A stretch of 6,478 bases of DNA from IMG/VR virus record IMGVR_UViG_2534681912_000008; one strand, written 5' to 3'. The first letter of the stretch is position 1, and every line of letters starts with the position of its first letter. Source of the stretch: a virus. Lineage: Duplodnaviria; Heunggongvirae; Uroviricota; Caudoviricetes. Shown in pieces: positions 1 to 4,306 of the stretch. The notes beneath the pieces are model-generated. The model was not told where the DNA came from, did no database searches, and worked only from the letters and a program-made list of their open reading frames with translations. The position numbers were made by a program, and so were the translations under genes.

Positions 1-258
1 CGGGCTGTGGCGCTTATTGTTCGCCAGCAGCGGCTGAAATTAAGCCTGTCCGGAAGGCTGGCGATAAAGGTGATTGCAGAGCCACCGGATAAGCGCCGCC
101 GCGATCTGGACAATATCCTGAAGGCACCACTGGATGCGCTGACGCATGCCGGACTACTTATAGACGACGAGCAGTTTGATGAAATCAATATTGTGCGCGG
201 TCAGCTCGTTCCTGGTGGGCGGCTGGGGATAAAAATCACAGAACTGGAGTGCGCATGA
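1..258 (+). CDS. rusA: Holliday junction resolvase RusA, C-terminal ~85 codons (5' end lies upstream of the window)
   Basis: Frame 1 is open from base 1 to the TGA at 256-258. The translation (...PDKRRRDLDNILKAPLDALTHAGLLIDDEQF...GGRLGIKITELE) aligns with the C-terminal half of E. coli RusA, including the RRRDLDN acidic catalytic motif. The Met at position 7 is internal, not the start. Confidence 0.85.
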   Translation, partial: RAVALIVRQQRLKLSLSGRLAIKVIAEPPDKRRRDLDNILKAPLDALTHAGLLIDDEQFDEINIVRGQLVPGGRLGIKITELECA

Positions 259-944
259 ATAACCAGTATTTACAGTTTGTGCGTGAGCAGCTCATTATCG
301 CCACCGCTGATTTGAGTGGGGCAACAAAAGGTCAGCTTGAAGCCTGGCAGGAGAATGCCATGTTCGATACAGGGCGTTACAGGCGTAAAAAAATCCGGTA
401 CCGCGATGAAGTGACCGGAAAAATGATAACGCGGGATAATCCACCAATCCCGGGAAAACAATCGCTGGCGAAGGGGACGTCAATTCCTCTGGTCAGTCAG
501 GTTGCTTTTTCTACATCATCATGGCGGCGGGCTGTTTTGTCTCTTGAAGAACATCATAAAGCCTGGTTGTTGTGGTGTTACAGCGGAAATACTTGCTGGG
601 AGTATCAGATCGCGATAACGCAGTGGGCATGGACAGAATTTAAGACTCACTCTGGTACCAGGAAAATTGCAGGGAAGACACAGGAACGCCTGAAAAAATT
701 AATCTGGCTGGCTGCACAGGATGTCAGGAGATGGGTTATAGGACATGATATCTACCAGCAACAGGAGCTTGCCCGTCTGTGTGGGATTAAGCCTGACAAC
801 TGGAGCCACAATTATGTGAGCTACTGGCGTGAAATACTCGACATTTTTATGAACCTCGATACCGAATCTCTGATTTGCACTGTGAAAAGGAGATCTCAAC
901 AAAAAGCGGCATTTTTGCAGCGAGATATTGCAAAAGTCAATTAG
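255..944 (+). CDS. Putative late-gene antitermination protein Q (assignment mainly positional)
   Basis: A ~230-codon ORF lies immediately after rusA, and its stop at 942-944 overlaps the -35 of a strong promoter followed by an intrinsic terminator, the canonical Q-PR'-tR' arrangement. Likely start is the ATG at 255 (GGAG at 246-249, ATGA overlap with the rusA stop); the ORF track begins at the GTG at 249. No Q family motif was recognised unambiguously. Confidence 0.5.
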   Translation: MNNQYLQFVREQLIIATADLSGATKGQLEAWQENAMFDTGRYRRKKIRYRDEVTGKMITRDNPPIPGKQSLAKGTSIPLVSQVAFSTSSWRRAVLSLEEHHKAWLLWCYSGNTCWEYQIAITQWAWTEFKTHSGTRKIAGKTQERLKKLIWLAAQDVRRWVIGHDIYQQQELARLCGIKPDNWSHNYVSYWREILDIFMNLDTESLICTVKRRSQQKAAFLQRDIAKVN

Positions 945-976
945 ATAGCATATATTTTATGTAAATGTGATATATT
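928..976 (+). promoter_or_regulatory. PR'-like sigma70 late promoter with a second -10-like element just downstream (putative promoter-proximal pause/qut region)
   Basis: -35 TTGCAA at 928-933, a 17-bp spacer, and -10 TATATT at 951-956. A second TGaTATATT (extended -10-like) at 968-976 falls just downstream of the predicted start site, as expected for a sigma-dependent pause element used for Q loading. Confidence 0.5.
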
Positions 977-993
977 GCTGTAAAGTGTATAAA

Positions 994-1017
994 CCCGCTC
1001 AAATGTGCGGGTTTTTT
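994..1017 (+). terminator. tR'-like rho-independent terminator
   Basis: CCCGC at 994-998 pairs with GCGGG at 1007-1011 around an 8-nt loop, followed by TTTTTT at 1012-1017. It lies about 50 nt downstream of the predicted PR' start. Confidence 0.7.
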
Positions 1018-1090
1018 GCTTAACTCTGTGGACCTTTTTATCTGTAGTTGTAATATATGGATATTGTTACAATTTAGGTCGGTGAGCTTA

Positions 1091-1855
1091 ATGGAAGAAC
1101 AGCACGGTAATTACTTTATAAAACGAATTCAGTTGATTGGAAGAGGGGCATTTGGCTTTGTTGAACACGTTAAGGTTTACAACCTCAATAAAGGTGAATG
1201 CGGGGATTATGCTAGAAAGGTTTTAGCACCCGAAAAACCAGAGCTTTTGGCGCAAATAGAGCAGTTTAGAAGGCGTTTTAAAAGGGAGGTTGTGTATCAA
1301 TCACATTGCGTACATAGCAATATTGTTCCTATTTATTTGTGCGATTTGTTTGTTGAGAATCCATGGTTCATTATGGATAAAGCAGAATGTGATCTTGAGC
1401 ACGAAATAACGAACAACCTTCTTACAACAGATCAAAAAATTTCAATAGTGAAAATGGTATTAGATGGTGTAGCTTACATCCATGCCAAAGGCTATTTACA
1501 CAGAGATATAAAACCCTTTAATGTTTTGCGATTTAGCGACGGAACATACAAGGTGTCTGATTTTGGTCTGGTAAAAGATACGAATCCCGAAGGGGATACC
1601 ACTAAATTGACCGAGATCGGTACCCGTATGGGAAGTACAAGATATATGGCTCCCGAGATTTTATATAATGCAGAGTATTCAGTTAAGACTGATGTTTATG
1701 CTGTGGGACGGTTAATTGAAGACTTAAATTTAGATGATAAAAAAATAAAGCCTATCATAGCTAAGTGCACAAGGATGGATAAAGATGATAGATATCAGAC
1801 AATAGATGATGTGGCGTTTGATTTTGCGCATTCTTTTTTAAGGAGTGAGTCATGA
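1091..1855 (+). CDS. Hanks-type (eukaryotic-like) Ser/Thr protein kinase, catalytic domain only
   Basis: ATG at 1091 is preceded by GGTGAG at 1081-1086. The ~254-aa product carries the kinase subdomain motifs in order: Gly-rich loop IGRGAFGFV, the conserved Lys in YARKV, a Glu in FKREV, catalytic loop HRDIKPFN (Ser/Thr type), DFG in VSDFGL and APE in YMAPE. No transmembrane or sensor domain is evident. The TTG at 1016 used by the ORF track lies inside the terminator and is rejected as a start. Confidence 0.85.
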   Translation: MEEQHGNYFIKRIQLIGRGAFGFVEHVKVYNLNKGECGDYARKVLAPEKPELLAQIEQFRRRFKREVVYQSHCVHSNIVPIYLCDLFVENPWFIMDKAECDLEHEITNNLLTTDQKISIVKMVLDGVAYIHAKGYLHRDIKPFNVLRFSDGTYKVSDFGLVKDTNPEGDTTKLTEIGTRMGSTRYMAPEILYNAEYSVKTDVYAVGRLIEDLNLDDKKIKPIIAKCTRMDKDDRYQTIDDVAFDFAHSFLRSES

Positions 1856-2595
1856 TTCAGCTGATAGCGACTTCATCATTCTCGTATCCAAAAGAACCAG
1901 GTAGGGTCAACGAAGATTCATTGCTTCCTCCAAAAATTGTAGGAGACGGCATCTTATTTGCCGTAGCTGATGGTGTAGGTTCATACTCTGGTGCCAGTTA
2001 TGCTTCATCCATGGCAATCGCTGAACTTTCAGCATTGACAAGTTTATCTTTTGATGCAGTTCCGAATGTATTTGCTGAAGTTAAGCGAAAAGTTATGTCG
2101 TTAGCTGAAGTTAATGATGAGTTCGATAAAGCTGCTACTACACTTACCTTTTGTTATGTTTGTGATAGCGGAATTATTATTGGTCATATTGGTGATTGTC
2201 GCTTGTATTGCATTGGAGAAAAGAAAGCATATCAATTGACGAAGGACGATACCAGACATCAGATGTTAATTGATCAGAATATTTTTAAACCCAGAGATTT
2301 GAAGAATAAACCGGGAAAAAATATCTTAACGACTGCCATAGCCTCAAATGTTGATATGGAATACGACTGTGATTTTATCCCGTGGAAAGATTTGCCTGGT
2401 ATTAACGGGTTGTATCATCTGTGTATCATGTCTGATGGAGTTCATAACGTTTGGGAAAAACGCCCCAGATTTACATCAAATACTATGAGTAATAGTCAGA
2501 AGTTTTCTAATGGTATTTTGCGTCGTATAGAGAGAGCCGGACCTGATGATGACTTTTCTTTAGTAAGTATAATGGTGCGTGTGACGTCAGATTAG
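1852..2595 (+). CDS. PP2C (PPM-family) Ser/Thr protein phosphatase
   Basis: The start ATG overlaps the kinase stop (ATGA at 1852-1855), with AGGAG at 1838-1842. Metal-binding PPM motifs are present: FAVADGVGS, HIGDCRLY, MSDGV and C-terminal DDDFSLV. Confidence 0.8.
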   Translation: MIQLIATSSFSYPKEPGRVNEDSLLPPKIVGDGILFAVADGVGSYSGASYASSMAIAELSALTSLSFDAVPNVFAEVKRKVMSLAEVNDEFDKAATTLTFCYVCDSGIIIGHIGDCRLYCIGEKKAYQLTKDDTRHQMLIDQNIFKPRDLKNKPGKNILTTAIASNVDMEYDCDFIPWKDLPGINGLYHLCIMSDGVHNVWEKRPRFTSNTMSNSQKFSNGILRRIERAGPDDDFSLVSIMVRVTSD

Positions 2596-2666
2596 TTGTA
2601 TAAACCCAGTAGGGAATGCTAATTTCCCATACTACAGAGTAAAGAAAAACTTAATTTTAATGTGAA

Positions 2667-2692
2667 AAGGCTGCTATCAGGCGGCCTTTTTA
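2667..2692 (+). terminator. Rho-independent terminator closing the kinase-phosphatase cassette
   Basis: GGCTGC at 2669-2674 pairs with GCGGCC at 2681-2686 (one G-U pair) around a 6-nt loop, followed by TTTTT at 2687-2691. Confidence 0.6.
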
Positions 2693-2705
2693 TGTCTGAA
2701 AAGCT

Positions 2706-3032
2706 GTGCAGTACGTTAAACACGCTTGTGGTTGTGAATGCCGACTGCGGCGGTATTTTGGCGTGACAGCGCAGGTGCCGTATACCGATGTCTGGACGCA
2801 TAAACCGGTGCAGTTCTATCCCGGGAAACATCCGTGCGAAAAACCGGCAGAAATGCTGCAGCAGATAATCAGCGCAAGCAGTCGTCCGGGAGACCTGGTT
2901 GCAGATTTTTTTATGGGCTCAGGTTCAACGGTAAAAGCGGCACTGGCGCTCGGGCGTCGTGCGATTGGCGTTGAACTGGAGACCGGACGTTTTGAGCAGA
3001 CAGTCAGGGAAGTTCAGGATTTAATCGTTTGA
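2706..3032 (+). pseudogene. 5'-truncated DNA methyltransferase remnant (N6-adenine/N4-cytosine MTase family, C-terminal AdoMet-binding part only)
   Basis: The translation HPCEKPAEMLQQIISASSRPGDLVADFFMGSGSTVKAALALGRRAIGVE matches the C-terminal HP..KP and D.F.GSG.T motif region of beta-class DNA MTases. Only ~44 codons lie upstream of it, with no DPPY-type catalytic motif. The ORF starts at a GTG directly after an in-frame stop, so the N-terminal domain is missing. Confidence 0.6.
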
Positions 3033-3043
3033 AACGGATGAGA

Positions 3044-3072
3044 TTGCAGAATTAATTACGCACCATTATTAT
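3044..3072 (+). promoter_or_regulatory. Candidate sigma70 promoter for the tRNA cluster
   Basis: -35 TTGCAG at 3044-3049, a 17-bp spacer, and -10 TATTAT at 3067-3072, about 10 nt upstream of the first tRNA 5' end. Confidence 0.4.
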
Positions 3073-3081
3073 TCTGCTTCC

Positions 3082-3157
3082 GGCCCTTTAGCTCAGTGGT
3101 GAGAGCGAGCGACTCATAATCGCCAGGTCGCTGGTTCAAATCCAGCAAGGGCCACCA
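3082..3157 (+). tRNA. ileZ: tRNA with CAT anticodon, most likely tRNA-Ile2 (lysidine type) rather than tRNA-Met
   Basis: Manual cloverleaf: acceptor GGCCCTT pairs with AAGGGCC; D arm GCTC/GAGC; anticodon loop CTCATAA with CAT at 3115-3117; T loop TTCAAAT; encoded CCA at 3155-3157. It is closely similar to E. coli ileX. The symbol is assigned by synteny with the Stx-phage ileZ-argN-argO cluster. Confidence 0.85.
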
Positions 3158-3164
3158 TCACATA

Positions 3165-3241
3165 CCGCCATTAGCTCATCAGGAAAGAGCGCCAGCCTTC
3201 GAAGCTGGTTGCGCGGAGTTCGGGTCCCCGAAGGCGGTCCA
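3165..3241 (+). tRNA. argN: tRNA-Arg (anticodon TCG), somewhat degenerate
   Basis: Perfect anticodon arm CCAGC-CTTCGAA-GCTGG with TCG at 3199-3201, D arm GCTC/GAGC and an encoded CCA at 3239-3241. The acceptor stem has an A-A mismatch, the T stem an A-C mismatch, and the T loop TTCGGGT has G where the invariant A58 is expected. Confidence 0.6.
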
Positions 3242-3254
3242 TTATCTGTATCCT

Positions 3255-3331
3255 GCGTTGTTAGCTCAGCCGGACAGAGCAATTGCCTTCTAAGCAATCG
3301 GTCACTGGTTCGAATCCAGTACAACGCGCCA
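3255..3331 (+). tRNA. argO: tRNA-Arg (anticodon TCT, decodes AGA/AGG)
   Basis: Canonical cloverleaf: acceptor GCGTTGT pairs with ACAACGC; anticodon arm ATTGC-CTTCTAA-GCAAT; T arm ACTGG-TTCGAAT-CCAGT; discriminator G and encoded CCA at 3329-3331. Confidence 0.9.
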
Positions 3332-3346
3332 CACTTATTTTCCCTG

Positions 3347-3370
3347 GCTCGCTTTTGCGGGCTTTTTTTT
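3347..3370 (+). terminator. Rho-independent terminator after the tRNA cluster
   Basis: GCTCGC at 3347-3352 pairs with GCGGGC at 3357-3362 (one G-U pair) around a TTTT loop, followed by T8 at 3363-3370. Confidence 0.6.
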
Positions 3371-3590
3371 AAATGTCTCACAATTCAGGCGGTTGACTGT
3401 TGTCTGGTTTGCGGGGAGTTTGTTAAAAGAAACTGGCATGGTGAATCCCCCTGTGCGGAGGGGCAATCAGCGAGTAGGTATATGGGATAATCGCGGATTC
3501 AGGTGCTGGTACTGAATTCACCGGGAGGCACCCGGCACCATGCAATGGCACATAGCGCCACTCTCCAGCCCCTCTCCGGAGGGGCTTTTC
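3371..3590 (+). repeat. Direct-repeat unit A (diverged paralogue of unit B), non-coding, ends in an intrinsic terminator
   Basis: Shares collinear blocks with 3832-4078: CTCACAATTCAG, GTTGAC, TTTGTTAAAA, GCATGGTGAATCCCCCTG.GCGGAGGGGC, TCACCGGGAGGCACCCGGCACCATG and AGCCCCTCTCCGGAGGGGCTTT. The segments between the blocks are divergent or differ by indels. Confidence 0.7.
3568..3590 (+). terminator. Rho-independent terminator at the end of repeat unit A
   Basis: GCCCCTC at 3568-3574 pairs perfectly with GAGGGGC at 3579-3585 around a TCCG loop, followed by TTTT. Confidence 0.65.
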
Positions 3591-3779
3591 TGTGCCGGAT
3601 ACATCACAGTTTCTGGAACCTTAGGTACTACAGTATCAGTCAGGGTGCTATATTTTCAGATGTGATGAAAGCCTGTCAGCAGGCAGGGCGTATCGGAAAT
3701 GACCCAGTAGAGAAAACGTTGACTCAGATACCGGTGCTGAGTTACCGGGAAACCGGCATCACATGACCGCTATCCTTCC

Positions 3780-3808
3780 AGGCCCATCCGCTCCGGTGGG
3801 CCTTTTTA
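3780..3808 (+). terminator. Strong rho-independent terminator in the unique segment between the repeat units
   Basis: AGGCCCA at 3780-3786 pairs with TGGGCCT at 3797-3803, with further inner CCG/CGG pairing, followed by TTTTT. Confidence 0.65.
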
Positions 3809-3831
3809 CTGCAGAAAACAGGTTCCCCGTT

Positions 3832-4078
3832 AAATGCTATGTTGCTCACAATTCAGTAAGTTGACAGTTGCCTGTCAGACTGGGCATTTGTTAAAAAAAT
3901 TTCGCATGGTGAATCCCCCTGAGCGGAGGGGCGACTGGTGACGGTATAATCTCTGATTATCAAAACGAGAATGACGCGGGTTTAGTGGCACCGGGCTGAA
4001 CTCACCGGGAGGCACCCGGCACCATGTGCATGATGATACAGATACGCGGCTTTAGCCCCTCTCCGGAGGGGCTTTCTT
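3832..4078 (+). repeat. Direct-repeat unit B (diverged paralogue of unit A), non-coding, ends in an intrinsic terminator
   Basis: Same ordered conserved blocks as unit A, with a perfect TTGACA at 3860-3865 and a perfect TATAAT at 3945-3950. It carries about 25 extra nt in the central divergent segment. Confidence 0.7.
4055..4078 (+). terminator. Rho-independent terminator at the end of repeat unit B
   Basis: GCCCCTC at 4055-4061 pairs with GAGGGGC at 4066-4072 around a TCCG loop, followed by a T-rich run (TTTCTTAT). Confidence 0.6.
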
Positions 4079-4084
4079 ATGGAC

Positions 4085-4113
4085 AAAAAAAGCCCGCGCT
4101 GGGAGACGCGGGC
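4085..4113 (-). terminator. Candidate minus-strand rho-independent terminator, convergent with the unit B terminator
   Basis: GCCCGCG at 4092-4098 pairs with CGCGGGC at 4107-4113 around an 8-nt loop. The A7 run at 4085-4091 on the + strand becomes a U-tract after the hairpin on the minus strand. Confidence 0.45.
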
Positions 4114-4182
4114 GGCAAGGAATAAACAATAAAACGTGAAGTAATATTTCAGCTGGCGAATAATACCCCATAGTAATCACTC

Positions 4183-4204
4183 TGCGCAACTGCGCGGTCT
4201 TTTT
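4183..4204 (+). terminator. Candidate weak intrinsic terminator upstream of nanS-p
   Basis: TGCGC at 4183-4187 pairs with GCGCG at 4192-4196 around a 4-nt loop, followed by a T-rich run at 4198-4204. Confidence 0.35.
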
Positions 4205-4306
4205 CGAATTGCGGGCTGTAGTCTCCCTTCTGCCATTGTCCTGTAACTTCCGGACTTCAGCCTGCTCCTTATCTGACTCACAACATTATCCCGCCCGGGA
4301 GGATTC

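Noticed and set aside
270-902. Antisense ORFs 270..461, 295..483 and 699..902 (-) inside the Q gene
   Set aside because: They lie opposite a longer sense ORF with a proper ribosome-binding site and show no independent signals.
1016-1090. N-terminal extension of the kinase from the TTG at 1016
   Set aside because: The TTG lies inside the tR' T-tract and the extension (MLNSVDLFICSCNIWILLQF...) is low-complexity. The ATG at 1091 with an upstream GGTGAG is the credible start.
2612-2628. Inverted repeat GGGAA-N7-TTCCC after the phosphatase stop
   Set aside because: It is a 5-bp stem with no T-tract and no obvious partner site, so it is not distinguishable from chance.
2619-2831. ORF 2619..2831 (-)
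   Set aside because: It spans the cassette terminator and is antisense to the methylase remnant, with no supporting signals.
3136-3490. ORFs 3136..3381 (-) and 3209..3490 (+)
   Set aside because: They overlap the tRNA genes and the tRNA terminator, so they are artefacts of structured RNA sequence.
3503-3766. 87-aa ORF 3503..3766 (+) crossing repeat unit A
   Set aside because: It starts at a GTG inside a conserved hairpin block and reads through the unit A terminator. The equivalent frame in unit B hits a stop after about 20 codons, so it is not conserved and not coding.
3371-4078. CRISPR array or retron msr/msd as an explanation for the direct repeats
   Set aside because: There are only two long (~220-250 bp), imperfect copies with no short repeat-spacer periodicity and no cas genes, and no reverse transcriptase ORF is adjacent.
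3332-4306. Shiga toxin genes stxA/stxB at the position they occupy in Stx phages
   Set aside because: No ORF of suitable size exists in this interval, and none of the short ORFs carries a signal-peptide-like start followed by toxin-like sequence.
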